A stretch of DNA of 64,000 nt from a virus (taxonomy: Duplodnaviria > Caudoviricetes), in the IMG/VR virus record IMGVR_UViG_2912649904_000001, positions 1-64,000 of that record; one strand, given 5' to 3'. The notes below the pieces were generated by a model, which worked only from the letters and a program-made list of their open reading frames with translations, made no database searches and was not told the origin of the DNA. Below, one piece after another: positions 28,815-39,153 of this stretch. The number at the start of each line of letters is the position of its first letter. Positions within the stretch are counted from its first letter, which is position 1. The position numbers were made by a program, and so were the translations under genes.

Positions 28815-31800
28815 CAGACGGCTCCTTCCTTCTCGACGTGCCCGGCGGCGATCTCCTCGCGGGCCGGGGCGATAACAGATGCGGCGAGCCGGGCCGCCTC
28901 GTCGCGGGCGGCTTCCTCGCGCTGCTCCTGGCGGCGGTCCATCGCGGTCAGGAGCGCGTCGACGAACGGGACGCTGGACAGCAGTGACCTGGCGACCTGG
29001 TCAACGTCGCCGCTCGCCGCCGGGCGGTGCCCGGACATGTCCGGGCCGGTGTCCGGACGCTGCCCGGCGATGCCAGGAGTCGTGCGTGCGGACATGTCCG
29101 GAACGGTGTCCGAGGTGTCCAGGACAGCGGCGGCGGCCGACGCCGCGAGGGCAAGGTTCGAGCGCTCGGCGACCGCGGTTGCGAGCAGTGGCGAGGAGTG
29201 GCCGGGGACGGGCACGGACAGCACGGCACGGAGCTGCCACCGGCCGCCGCGCTGCTTCATGTGGTAGCTCGGCTGGCACGCCGCAAACACGTTCCGATCC
29301 CACTCGGACAGCCAGGGGGCGGCGGCGCCGCTGAACCACATGCCCCTGCTGTTCATGCCGACCGTGATGATCGCGGCGACGGTTCGGGTGTCGTCGAACT
29401 GGCAGGCAGCCGACTCGCATTCGGCCCCGTCCCTGTGATGCGGAGCGTTCATGGTGAACGCCCCGGCCTTGACCATCCTGCCGTTGTCGAGCTTGAACCT
29501 GGCCCGCAGGAAATGCGTCGTGTCGATGCGTCCCAGAGACTCGATCGTCAGGTTCTTCCCGGGGTACCCGGCGTGCGGCTCACCGGCCTGCGCGACCCAG
29601 CCGTAGACCCGCCCGTTCGCGTAGTGCACCCCACCCGAACCAGGGGGCAGTTCCTCGGCGGTGGGCTCACGGAACCAGGCGGCGGGCATCGGATCGGCCT
29701 CACGCATCGCGGACCAGGCCGACGCCTCCAGCTCGCTAATCGACGCCATCGCCTCGTCGCCGTTGTCGCCGTTGCCGTCGCCGTCGTCACCGATCCACGG
29801 CGGCACGATCGACGGGTCGTCGTACGCCTTCGCGATCCGCTCGTACAGCGTCTCGACTCGGCCGCGTACGGCCTCGCGGTCGTCCTCAGGCAGGTCAACA
29901 CCGCCCCGGCCGCCCTGGAGCACAGCAGCGATCGCGTACACCCCTGCCGGGATGACCTCCAGGTGGTCGTCGACGACATCGGCGAACGGCAGCTTGTACG
30001 CGGCTGCCGTCGCCGGGTCGGCGTCGTCGTCGCGGTACAGGAACCCCGAGGCGAGCTTGTCGGCGTCGACCTCGTCTCCGTCGGTCGCCCACGCCAGGAT
30101 CGCCTTCTGCGCGGCGGGGCCGTCCCACTTCCGGTCAGGGTCGGCGTGCACCGGCAGTTCGAGGTCACCGGACACCGACGCGGCCAGCTCGGCGCCCTCG
30201 TTGGCGGGGCCGATATACAGGCCGCGCGCCAGACGCACGAGCCGCCCCGCCTTCACCGCCCGCGCGAGGTGCCCGCGCGCGGTCTCCATGCGGATACCGA
30301 GTGCCTTAGCGACCTCGCGCGCACCGACCGGCACAGGGGCTGCCTTCACGTAGTTCACGATCCGCAGGTGCGCCGCAGACGGCCCGGACCCGGCGGCCAG
30401 CGCGTACTCGCCGTCGTCGGCCGGTGCTTCGGCCGGTAGGTCGTCGAGGACGATGCGAGCCTGGGCGTACGCGGGCATCGCGACGAGGGTCGCGCCACGC
30501 AGCCGCGCCCGGGTCACCCGCAGCAGCAGATCTCCGCTGTGCTCGGAGTGCAGGACAACCCCGTCCGGGCTGTCCGGGTCACCAGCCCCGGCGGTGAGGA
30601 TGCCTGCCGGGCCGAGCGCAGCCCGTACTGCGGCCGCCGGTACCCGACCGTTGCGGCCAGTGATCAGCTGCGTGCCAGTCGCAGTGCGGGAGAGCGCGGC
30701 ACCGGAGGCGGTCCACTGGGCGGTCGCCGTCGCGGTGATCGACCACGACCCGTCGTCGAGGCGGAGGAACGACGCGGACGGCAGCGACGCGGCGAACAGC
30801 ACGACCTCGTCGTCTGGCTCGTCGACTCGTTCACTGCTGTTGTCGACGAACTCCACCGAGACATCGTCGAGGTCGACCGAGACGCCCAGTGGTGCCTTCT
30901 CTTCGAGCAACATCAGGGCGTCGGCACCGGCCGGTCGCCCCGGGTAGATGACGCCGGTTCCGGTGATGCGGTCGCCGTCTCGGCCGATGGTCTGGATGGA
31001 CCCGGCCAGCTCGGCGCCTTCGTGGCCCATCAGCATCTCGTCGGCGTGCTGGAGCGGCCACGGCCCCGCGCCGTCCCAGTACAGGCTGTTGGGACGGAAC
31101 ACGCGGCCGTCGCCGGTCTGCTGGTTTTCGAAGGCGAGGGCGGTGTCATCGGGTGTGGACCAGGGGCGCGCCGCGGGGCCCTGCCCGGTCTCTTGGTCGT
31201 CCATGGGGTCCTCCTTGTCCTGGTCGAGTGGGATGTCGGTGTGCTCTCCAGCGAAGGCGACGCGCAAGCGGTCGAAGCGGACCGGGCCGAGGCGTTCGTT
31301 CATCGCCGACAGCAGGGCGGGGCTGCGCGAGTAGGCAGCGCACACGTGGGGCTGCCACGGCGAGTGCTGGGCGGGCAGCTCGGGCTGCCGGTGCATGCCC
31401 TCCAGGGCGTACGACGCGGCCTGCCGGGCGGCGTCGAGGCCAGGGCCGTCCACTTCCCGGTCGTCGCCGACGGACCACACCCAACAGGGGTCGTCGCCAT
31501 CCGCGTTCCACTGGTTCGCGCCGAATGCCCGCCCTGCGAAGGCTTCCAGGTCGGCGCTGATGGAGCGGAGCCGGTCGACGAGGTCGGAGCGGTGCTCCTC
31601 GTCCCAGTCGGCGGCCTCGCCCAGATAGACCAGCGTCAGGTGCAGCTCGCGGGCGGGTTCGGCGCCGGGTGCGGCGAGCGCGAGACGTTCGGCGTCCTCT
31701 TCGGTCGGTACCAGGGCGATCATGGCGCCCGTCTGCGCCCCGGCGGCGGCGGTCACGTCTGGCATCACGCGGTTCTCCCTTGGGATTGAAACTCCGGCCG

Positions 31801-32602
31801 GTGAGGCGCCTTGAGATTCCAAGGCGGCTGTCTGCTGCTCGGGGGCGATACCGAGGCGGCATCGGCAGTTCACGACAAGGGAAGCCGGGGCAGTCGGGTC
31901 GCCGGGGGCCTGCATCTGTACGCCGCCGACGGTGAACGTCTCATCGAGGAGGCGGAGTTGCCCGTCCACCTGATCGTGGGAGTCGCGTACGCGGACGTTG
32001 TTCCGGGTGATCCACTGCTTGACCAGTGCCCGGCCCGGGCCGGTGGTGGCGCGGGCGGCTTCCAGCGTCGCGGTGTTCCAGGCGCGGGTCGCTTCGGTCG
32101 CAGCGACGCGGTGTTCTCGGCCGGGACCGAGCTGCGCACGGTCGCGGGCGAAGGCGTCGCGGAGGCGGGCGCGGAGCTGGTCGATGGTCTCCCCGGCGTC
32201 GAGCCCTGCGGCGAGTTCGCGGCGGGTGGCGTCGGCCAGGCGGTCGCCGACGGCGCGCAGCAGGTGCTCGGTCGTCTCGGCGTACTGGCCAAGCCCGTCG
32301 GGCAGGGTGCCGTTGTCGTACCGGCCGGGCAGATCGTCCCAGCCGTCGGGGAGTTCGGCGTCGGCATCTTCGGCTGCCGCGGTGGCAGCGGTTTCGGCGA
32401 GCCTCAGCAGGCGCCGCACGAGGCCGGTCACGTGGCTGTGCCACATGCGGGCGATGCGGCCGACGGAGAACCGTGCGGCGACAAGTTCGGTGGCGTCAGC
32501 GAGGGCGTCGGCGAACTCGTCGGCGGTCGCAGTGAGTGCGGCGGCCACCGCCTTGGCGAAGTCGCGCTCTGCGGCGTCGAGTTGCGCGTTGCGGTCAGGC
32601 AC
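28814..32602 (-). CDS. MuF-like minor head / 2H phosphoesterase / maturation protease-like / wHTH fusion
   Basis: KQW..RVRDSH..VNCRC (MuF); LHLTL..PHVC (2H); GATLVAMPAY; GAREVAKALGI..RLARGLY (wHTH). Confidence 0.85.
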   Translation of the reverse strand: MPDRNAQLDAAERDFAKAVAAALTATADEFADALADATELVAARFSVGRIARMWHSHVTGLVRRLLRLAETAATAAAEDADAELPDGWDDLPGRYDNGTLPDGLGQYAETTEHLLRAVGDRLADATRRELAAGLDAGETIDQLRARLRDAFARDRAQLGPGREHRVAATEATRAWNTATLEAARATTGPGRALVKQWITRNNVRVRDSHDQVDGQLRLLDETFTVGGVQMQAPGDPTAPASLVVNCRCRLGIAPEQQTAALESQGASPAGVSIPRENRVMPDVTAAAGAQTGAMIALVPTEEDAERLALAAPGAEPARELHLTLVYLGEAADWDEEHRSDLVDRLRSISADLEAFAGRAFGANQWNADGDDPCWVWSVGDDREVDGPGLDAARQAASYALEGMHRQPELPAQHSPWQPHVCAAYSRSPALLSAMNERLGPVRFDRLRVAFAGEHTDIPLDQDKEDPMDDQETGQGPAARPWSTPDDTALAFENQQTGDGRVFRPNSLYWDGAGPWPLQHADEMLMGHEGAELAGSIQTIGRDGDRITGTGVIYPGRPAGADALMLLEEKAPLGVSVDLDDVSVEFVDNSSERVDEPDDEVVLFAASLPSASFLRLDDGSWSITATATAQWTASGAALSRTATGTQLITGRNGRVPAAAVRAALGPAGILTAGAGDPDSPDGVVLHSEHSGDLLLRVTRARLRGATLVAMPAYAQARIVLDDLPAEAPADDGEYALAAGSGPSAAHLRIVNYVKAAPVPVGAREVAKALGIRMETARGHLARAVKAGRLVRLARGLYIGPANEGAELAASVSGDLELPVHADPDRKWDGPAAQKAILAWATDGDEVDADKLASGFLYRDDDADPATAAAYKLPFADVVDDHLEVIPAGVYAIAAVLQGGRGGVDLPEDDREAVRGRVETLYERIAKAYDDPSIVPPWIGDDGDGNGDNGDEAMASISELEASAWSAMREADPMPAAWFREPTAEELPPGSGGVHYANGRVYGWVAQAGEPHAGYPGKNLTIESLGRIDTTHFLRARFKLDNGRMVKAGAFTMNAPHHRDGAECESAACQFDDTRTVAAIITVGMNSRGMWFSGAAAPWLSEWDRNVFAACQPSYHMKQRGGRWQLRAVLSVPVPGHSSPLLATAVAERSNLALAASAAAAVLDTSDTVPDMSARTTPGIAGQRPDTGPDMSGHRPAASGDVDQVARSLLSSVPFVDALLTAMDRRQEQREEAARDEAARLAASVIAPAREEIAAGHVEKEGAV

Positions 32603-32834
32603 GGTTGATCCTCCTCACCGGTAGCGGGCTGTCGGGGTCGTCGCAGATTTCGCACCACGTCCAGATGCCGACGGTGGCGACACCGCCGGGGCTGAGCAGC
32701 AGCAGCGGTGTGGTGATCTGCGTCCACGCCTTGCAGTCCGCGCACCAGCCCGTCACCAAAGTTCCGGCGTGCAGGGACAAGTCCCCGCCGGTTGGGGCCT
32801 GTAGCGGCAGCTGAGGGCCGCGGGGCCCGGTCAC
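32595..32834 (-). CDS. Small Zn-ribbon protein
   Basis: WCADC..WCEIC; GTGA overlap with the portal stop. Confidence 0.6.
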   Translation of the reverse strand: MTGPRGPQLPLQAPTGGDLSLHAGTLVTGWCADCKAWTQITTPLLLLSPGGVATVGIWTWCEICDDPDSPLPVRRINRA

Positions 32835-34567
32835 TGGGCGCCGCCGACACACGAGGTGAGGACGGTCGACACCAGCCGGTATTCGTGCTCGATGCCGGCC
32901 GCGATCAGCTCCCGGGCGTAGTTGTCGAGCGACGCGGTCAGGCACTCGACGTCGAGGCCGTAGCGGATGGCGATCTCGGGGGCGCGGGACCAGGCGCCAT
33001 CGAGGAGCCGCCACTGTTCGACCTGCGTGGGCTCGACCGGGAGCAGCGTGTGCAGGCGGGCTGAGTCGACGTCGCGGGCCTTCGCGCGCTCACTGCGGGG
33101 GCAGGCGGGCGTCTTCCGCAGCTTCTCCCCGGCGGCGGTCAGCGCGCACCAGATCAGACCGTCCGCGGCGGCGAGGAGCCCGTCACTGGCGCCAACCGTG
33201 GCCGAGGCGGGCAGGGTGTCCGGCTCTGCCTCCGTCTCGTCGACGGGCAAGTCGGGCCCGCCGGGCGCCTCCTCGGTGTCGTCGGCGTTCTCGTCCTGGT
33301 CGTCGTTGTTGGTCTGCTGCTCGGCTTCGGTGGGGGCGTCGCTGTCGTCGAAGCCGGTCTCGCGGCGGAGGGCGTCGGCGGAGATAGCGCGTCGGTCGAA
33401 GACCTGCAACGCGGTCTCCGACCTGTTCGTACGGACGCGGAGTGGGCTGGTGTCGTACCAGACGAGCCAGCGGTGCCAATCCGGATCGCCTTCGGATTCG
33501 AGAATGGGGCGGAGCCACTGCTGCGTGAGGGCGTAGGAGACCGTCCGCAGCTTCGGTTCGATGCCCAGGCGGATCGCCTCGGAGGTGAGTGCCCAGGCGC
33601 CCCAGTGGTTCACGTCGCCGAGTCCGAGCAGGATCTCGGCGGGGATCTCAAGGCCGGTCGCGAAGCGTCGCACGGCCTCTTCCCGCAGCTTGAGCGCGAG
33701 TTCGTCAAACTGCGACTCGAAGGTGATGTGCTTGAACTCGGCGATGGTGTCCGGCGGCAGCTCCAGCACGATCGGCACCGTCGCGGCGGCGCTCTCGGGG
33801 TCGCGGATCGCGGTTTCGGCGATCGTCATGAAAATCTCGATCAGGTCGTCCTCGCCTGATCCCTGCTGCTGTGACGACGGGAACCGTGTGCCCTTGGGGA
33901 CGAGGAGCAGTCCCCGGCCGGTGATCCTGCTGCGGGCGATGGCCTTCACAGCGGCGTTGAGGAGGAGCAGTTCCTCCAGAAGCTCCAGCGACGACCTGAC
34001 CGGGCTGTCGGCGTCGATGGACCGCTCGGGGTCCGGCTCCCACACGCGGAGCGCCACCGGCCCGTCGGGGTCCATCGTGTCGGGGTCGCCCTCGGGGATC
34101 GGGACGTCTTCGCCGTCGATCTCCGCTGTGAGCTTGCCTTGCTGCTGGCGGACCTCGCGTACGGACAGGACACGCCAGTCGTGGCCGTCTTCCGGCGCGT
34201 ACGGCGAGAGGACTTCGGCGTTGGGGCGAATGACGATCCAGCCCTCGCCGGGCACGGTCAGGTGTTTCCCGAACTGACCGAGCATCTTGGCCTGTCCGTC
34301 GGCGCCTCCGGCGATCTGGTCGACGATCTCGGCTGCGCGGTGGCCGGCCGGGGCCGGGTCGATCGAGCCGTCATCGTCCCGCCTGCCCGCGTAGAGGCGG
34401 GCGCCGGACATGGCGTTGCCGATCCACGAGGCGGCGAACCGCACTTCGGGGACCTGGTGGTACATGTCGTAGGCGCGGTGCTGCCATGACTGGTCGCCGG
34501 AGCCTTTCCCTCGGATCTTCCTGGAGGTGTAGCGGGATGCGGCGGCGACGATCTCCTTACGCGGCAT
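32831..34567 (-). CDS. Portal protein
   Basis: WQHRAYDMY..PEVRF, LREEAVRRFATGLEIPAEIL, NHWGAW. Confidence 0.88.
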   Translation of the reverse strand: MPRKEIVAAASRYTSRKIRGKGSGDQSWQHRAYDMYHQVPEVRFAASWIGNAMSGARLYAGRRDDDGSIDPAPAGHRAAEIVDQIAGGADGQAKMLGQFGKHLTVPGEGWIVIRPNAEVLSPYAPEDGHDWRVLSVREVRQQQGKLTAEIDGEDVPIPEGDPDTMDPDGPVALRVWEPDPERSIDADSPVRSSLELLEELLLLNAAVKAIARSRITGRGLLLVPKGTRFPSSQQQGSGEDDLIEIFMTIAETAIRDPESAAATVPIVLELPPDTIAEFKHITFESQFDELALKLREEAVRRFATGLEIPAEILLGLGDVNHWGAWALTSEAIRLGIEPKLRTVSYALTQQWLRPILESEGDPDWHRWLVWYDTSPLRVRTNRSETALQVFDRRAISADALRRETGFDDSDAPTEAEQQTNNDDQDENADDTEEAPGGPDLPVDETEAEPDTLPASATVGASDGLLAAADGLIWCALTAAGEKLRKTPACPRSERAKARDVDSARLHTLLPVEPTQVEQWRLLDGAWSRAPEIAIRYGLDVECLTASLDNYARELIAAGIEHEYRLVSTVLTSCVGGAQ

Positions 34568-34905
34568 CAGCCGTCAGCCTTCCGCTCGTCGTCCCAGCGG
34601 TTGAGGAGGACGGCGGCTCCGGCGACGGCCAGCCACTCGACGCCGTGCACGAGGACCGGGGCGTCCGGCCAGGCGTCGTTCACCAGCAGCCAGGTCGCGA
34701 GGAGCGCGCCAGAGATCCACCAACCCATGCAGTAGACGCAGGAGATCAGCGTCACGACGAACGCGCGCACCTTGGCTTCGGGCTGGGCCTCGTGCCAGGC
34801 GAAGATCCGGTCACGAAGCGGATCGAGGATCGTGTCATGGACCGCGAGCTGCGTGCCGCGGTACCCGGCCAGGGCCAGGAGGGCGAGTTCGGGGAGTTGG
34901 AGCAC
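34567..34905 (-). CDS. DUF1360-like membrane protein
   Basis: YRGTQL..DTILDPLR, LISCVYCMGWW. Confidence 0.8.
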   Translation of the reverse strand: MLQLPELALLALAGYRGTQLAVHDTILDPLRDRIFAWHEAQPEAKVRAFVVTLISCVYCMGWWISGALLATWLLVNDAWPDAPVLVHGVEWLAVAGAAVLLNRWDDERKADG

Positions 34906-35070
34906 TGCCGCCCCCTATGCGGAGATCATCCGGGCAACGTCAGCGGGTGATGATAGACCACCTCGCAGACCCTCCCCCGGCGTAATTTCCGCAGGCCAGA
35001 CCGCATTTTTAGATCACGCTGGAGGTGTATCGGCCCCCGGCGGGCGGAAGGCGGGGCAGCGGGGGCAAGG

Positions 35071-35334
35071 TCAGAACAGGGCCCACGCATCCTCAGCCTG
35101 ACCGCGCTGCGGTGTCTCGTCATCGGAGACATCGTCAAGTTCGAGCTGATGAGCGGGCGGCGGCAGCTCGACGACGTTTAGGGAGCCGGGACACGACACC
35201 AGTGGCCCGTCCGGGGAGCGCAAAGCCCCGGGGTCGTCGTGCCGCCACAAGCGGCCCATGGAGAGACGACCGGCGACCGGTCCTGCCGCGGTGGGTCGGC
35301 CGCAGCTCGGGCACAGGACACGGGGCAGCTTCAT
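35071..35334 (-). CDS. Small Zn-binding hypothetical protein
   Basis: CPSC..WRHD..SCPGS. Confidence 0.6.
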   Translation of the reverse strand: MKLPRVLCPSCGRPTAAGPVAGRLSMGRLWRHDDPGALRSPDGPLVSCPGSLNVVELPPPAHQLELDDVSDDETPQRGQAEDAWALF

Positions 35335-35568
35335 GGTGCCCAGTGTGGCGCGCCCAGACAGCGGACGTACGCACTTCCCGGCCACAGCGGTCAGCCTGGA
35401 TTGGCAGCCAACCTGCTACTGCTGGAGGTTGCAGGCTCGCGTGCTCGTCTCGTCGAGTACCGAGGCAGTCGGCGGCCACCAGGCTGCCCCTGACCACGGT
35501 TCGCGCCCCTTCGTCCATACTCGTTGGCCGCCGCAGCGAGGACGGCAGGCGGCTCGTATGCTCCAGGG

Positions 35569-35859
35569 GTGTATGAGTTCCCGCAAGACCTGGTCGAAGC
35601 GTCCCGCACCTGCCGGAAGCTGACCGCCCGCATTGACGAGCTCCCATACCGGGCAGTCACACTCGCCGACGGGACGCCGGTGGAGCGGCGCCGCCCAGCA
35701 ATCGACTACGACCAGGCGCTTGAGGACGAGTTGGCCGAGCTGCGCCGCGAACGGCTCGCCGCAGCGGTGGACGTGGTCACGCACACGTTCTGGGTGTCGG
35801 TGGACGCCGGGGACCGGACTACCGCGCGAACCGCGCTCCACGAGGCTGTTCGAAGCTGA
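35569..35859 (+). CDS. Hypothetical protein (probably leaderless)
   Basis: TATGCT 6 nt before GTG; YEFPQDL..HTFW. Confidence 0.65.
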   Translation: MYEFPQDLVEASRTCRKLTARIDELPYRAVTLADGTPVERRRPAIDYDQALEDELAELRRERLAAAVDVVTHTFWVSVDAGDRTTARTALHEAVRS

Positions 35860-36029
35860 GCCGAAATTCCCCTCCCTGTCTGCGGACCTTCTGTGACGAT
35901 CGATCGCAAGTCGTCAGGCTCAGGGGGTAGTTCGTTGATCACGCTCGGCGTAGTGGGCGGTGATCGCCCCCTCGATGCGTGAGCATATGGCTTTCGCGCG
36001 TTCGTCGGCGGCTCGCTACGGTCGTCGCC

Positions 36030-36842
36030 ATGGGCGAAGGGCGATGGCAAAAGCGAGGCGGGAAAGTCCTCTACGAAGGCGGGCCACAAAACCGGATCCG
36101 GCTCACTGTCGACACCGCAGTCCGGCCGGACGGGGCCACGGTGGATTATCCGTACGTCGCGGCGCCGGACTCGGTGCGTGTGCTGGCGGTGCATCAGGGG
36201 CAGGTTGCGGCGGTGACCCAGCACCACTACCTCCACGACGCGCAGATCACTGACCTGCCCGGAGGTTACGTCGACGAGGGGGAAGATCCGGCCGCTGCCG
36301 CCCTCCGGGAGCTGGAGGAGGAGACCGGTCTCCGGGCTGCCTGGCTGCACCCGCTTGGCGCGGTGGCTACTGCTCGTGCGACCAGCGCCGAGAAAGCTCA
36401 CCTCTTCCTCGCGTACGGCTGTACCGAGGGGCCCGTCTCGCTGGATGCGGGCGAGTCAGTGCGTTGCTCGTGGCTGACGTGGCCAGACTTGACCGAGATT
36501 GATCTCGCAATACCGGTCGCGCTACCTCAACCCTTGGCTGACGCGGCATCGTTGGCCGCGATCGAGAGGGCACGGGCGCTGCTGCGGGCTGTGGGCGGAG
36601 ACCTTCCAGCCGCCCGAGACGACCTCCCTAGCGCTGCTTCGGCGGCGTCTACGGTGGCTGCGCTCCGCTGCCCGTTCGCGGACGACCGCCTCAGCCTGGT
36701 CTGGATGGACCTGGCGGTGGGCCGGACTGCGGAGGGTGCCGCGATCCTGGCTGAGCTAAAAGGGGCGTATGACGGGCCGCGGGCGGACGGTGCGTGGCAG
36801 CACGCGGCCGACCGGTTCTCGGATCTGGCGCGGCGTTCGTAA
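36030..36842 (+). CDS. Nudix hydrolase with C-terminal extension
   Basis: LPGGYVDEGEDPAAAALRELEEETG Nudix box. Confidence 0.9.
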   Translation: MGEGRWQKRGGKVLYEGGPQNRIRLTVDTAVRPDGATVDYPYVAAPDSVRVLAVHQGQVAAVTQHHYLHDAQITDLPGGYVDEGEDPAAAALRELEEETGLRAAWLHPLGAVATARATSAEKAHLFLAYGCTEGPVSLDAGESVRCSWLTWPDLTEIDLAIPVALPQPLADAASLAAIERARALLRAVGGDLPAARDDLPSAASAASTVAALRCPFADDRLSLVWMDLAVGRTAEGAAILAELKGAYDGPRADGAWQHAADRFSDLARRS

Positions 36843-36940
36843 GCCTGCCGCTGATCACACCGAGGAGTATCGCCGCCCACCATCTCGGCCAGCGTCTTGC
36901 GCAGTCACGTCGATACGTCATCGCGGCAGTGTCGCATCGG

Positions 36941-38524
36941 TCACTTGCTGATGCGGCGGCCGTACAGCCCGGCGGAGGACGGTGTTTGCCGCCCGGCGGT
37001 GGGCTGCGGGGCGGTTGGGAGCGGGGCGTGGACGATCGCGCCGCGGTTCGCCTCGGGGATCAGGCCGTACACGAGGATGCACGAGGCGTCGATCCGGCCC
37101 GGTGAGTCCGGGTCGGTCGGCTGCCAGGTCGCCCACTCGTTCTCCAGATCGGCGAACGCGCCGCGAAGGCGCACCCGGTCCTGGACCATCTGTTGCGCCA
37201 CGGGCTCGGCCCTGAGCAGCTTGCCTTGCTTGGCGCGCACGGGGTCGATCAGCGGCATCAGGTGGCTCTCGGGAATGGCGCCTTCGCGTTGGAGCGTTTC
37301 CCACGACGTCTCCAGGGCGAGGACGGCCATGTCTCTGCCGAAGTTCCACTCGACGTAGATGATCGCCGCGTTCGTCTCATAGGCGAGCAGGCAGGCTGTC
37401 TTGGACCACTCGGCCGACGACATGGGCGCCGATCGGTCGTGGGTGATCCAGACGCGCTTGTCGTCGCCGAGGAAGCCACTGACGACGCCGGCGGTGTCCC
37501 GGCCGCCGCCCGAGGGATCGATCGCGACGGCGATCTTCTGCGGCTCGACCTTCGTGGACCCGTCCCGGATGAGCCGCAGCAGGTCGCGTGATACCAGCGC
37601 GCCTTCGGACGGCTGCGGGTCGCCCTGCGCCATGGCGTGCCAGTCCCGGACGCTGGACGTCTTCTTGACGTCCGCCCACCACGCCAGGAGCTGCTTCCGC
37701 TGCCTTGTGGGGATCTTCGGGTGCGGCAGCGGCTCCCCGTCCTGGCGGCCGAGCGGGTCGGGGCCGAACTTGCTGGGGTTGGCGATGGCGGGCAGGTGGA
37801 CGACCGCCCACCGGCCGCCGTCCTCCAGGCGGCCTTCATCCTCCAGGCGCCGGCCGGAGAAGTCGTCGGGGTGCCAGCGGGTCTGGATCGCCACCACGGC
37901 GTTCCGGTCCGGCTGCAACCGCTTGAGTGCGGCCGAGCTCCACCAGTCGTGGACTTGCTCCCGCAGCCGGGCCGACTCGGCTTCGCTGCGGTCCTTGTGC
38001 GGGTCGTCGACGACGAGGAGGTTCACCGGGAAGCCGGTGAGGCCCGAGCCAATTGACACGCTGCGGACGCCGCCGCCCTTCGTGGTGTCGTAGTCCTGCG
38101 CGGCCGACGAGCCTGCGAGGAGCGCCAGGTCGTACTCGCCGCCGTGCTCGGCGATGTACCGGCGAATCGCCTTGCCTCGCCGCATCGCCAGGTCGTCGCT
38201 GTAGGACGTGACGGCGACACGGTCCTCGGGGTGGAGGCACAGCCACCAGAACGGAAACCATTCGGCGACCGTCGTGCTCTTGCCGACCTGGCTCGGCGTG
38301 AACACCATCAACCGGTCGTAGTCGCCGCGCTCCAGGCCCACCAGGGCCTCGCTGATGACCCGCAGGTGCGGGCGCATCCGGAACGAACCATCGAGGCCCC
38401 GGGCAAGGGTGACCGGGTCACGCAGGAGGTCCTGCCCGATCGCTCGCTCGGCGGCCTGGAGCCGCTGATACACCTCGGCGTCCTCCAGATGCTCAAGGCC
38501 GGTGGCGTTTATCACCGCGGTCAT
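36941..38524 (-). CDS. terL: Terminase large subunit
   Basis: Walker A PSQVGKST, Walker B LLVVDDPHKD, nuclease AIDPS..DSPGRIDA. Confidence 0.95.
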   Translation of the reverse strand: MTAVINATGLEHLEDAEVYQRLQAAERAIGQDLLRDPVTLARGLDGSFRMRPHLRVISEALVGLERGDYDRLMVFTPSQVGKSTTVAEWFPFWWLCLHPEDRVAVTSYSDDLAMRRGKAIRRYIAEHGGEYDLALLAGSSAAQDYDTTKGGGVRSVSIGSGLTGFPVNLLVVDDPHKDRSEAESARLREQVHDWWSSAALKRLQPDRNAVVAIQTRWHPDDFSGRRLEDEGRLEDGGRWAVVHLPAIANPSKFGPDPLGRQDGEPLPHPKIPTRQRKQLLAWWADVKKTSSVRDWHAMAQGDPQPSEGALVSRDLLRLIRDGSTKVEPQKIAVAIDPSGGGRDTAGVVSGFLGDDKRVWITHDRSAPMSSAEWSKTACLLAYETNAAIIYVEWNFGRDMAVLALETSWETLQREGAIPESHLMPLIDPVRAKQGKLLRAEPVAQQMVQDRVRLRGAFADLENEWATWQPTDPDSPGRIDASCILVYGLIPEANRGAIVHAPLPTAPQPTAGRQTPSSAGLYGRRISK

Positions 38525-39147
38525 GGGGTCTCGCTCTCGTCATCGTCGTCGGCGGGGCCGTCTTCCTCATCGTCGCCGTCGACCGCGCGGACGCGGCGGG
38601 ACACCGACGCCGCGAGGCCAGCCAGGCGTACCCGCCGCTGCTCCGGCGGCATCTGCGCGAACTCGGCGAGCTGCACCGCGAGCGGGTTCCCGCCGGTGCC
38701 GGTGACCGCGATCGTCGCCGCCGGGTCACCGAAGAGGACGCGCCGGTGCCGCATGGCCACGTCCAGGAGCCGGATGAAATCGCCGACGGACATCGACCCG
38801 GCGTCGAGGGTGCCGAGGCGTTGCGCCAACTTGCCCACCGCCGCGCCCAAGATCCGTGCGTCGGTCTCGGCCGCCTTGCGCCGCTCCTCGACCCAGCCGG
38901 CCTCGTACAGCCGGTCCAGGTGTCGGTCCCACGAGTCGGCGCGCTCGCGCCACCGGTAGGTCGCCGCCGCCTTCCGGACCGTCACCGGGTGAAGCTGTAG
39001 CCCCTCCGCAGCCTTCTGTAGGGTCCGCGTGCGCCCGAGATCGCGGTAGGTGACGAACTGGCCGTGCTTGCGGGCAGTCTCGTCGGGTTGCTGCTCCCAG
39101 GGGTCCAGGGTTGGACTGAGGCTGATGGGGGGCTTGTTGGCGCTCAC
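38521..39147 (-). CDS. terS: Terminase small subunit
   Basis: PWEQQPDET..F..YRDLG..W.ERADSWD; ATGA overlap with terL. Confidence 0.8.
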   Translation of the reverse strand: MSANKPPISLSPTLDPWEQQPDETARKHGQFVTYRDLGRTRTLQKAAEGLQLHPVTVRKAAATYRWRERADSWDRHLDRLYEAGWVEERRKAAETDARILGAAVGKLAQRLGTLDAGSMSVGDFIRLLDVAMRHRRVLFGDPAATIAVTGTGGNPLAVQLAEFAQMPPEQRRVRLAGLAASVSRRVRAVDGDDEEDGPADDDDESETP

Positions 39148-39153
39148 GGTGGC

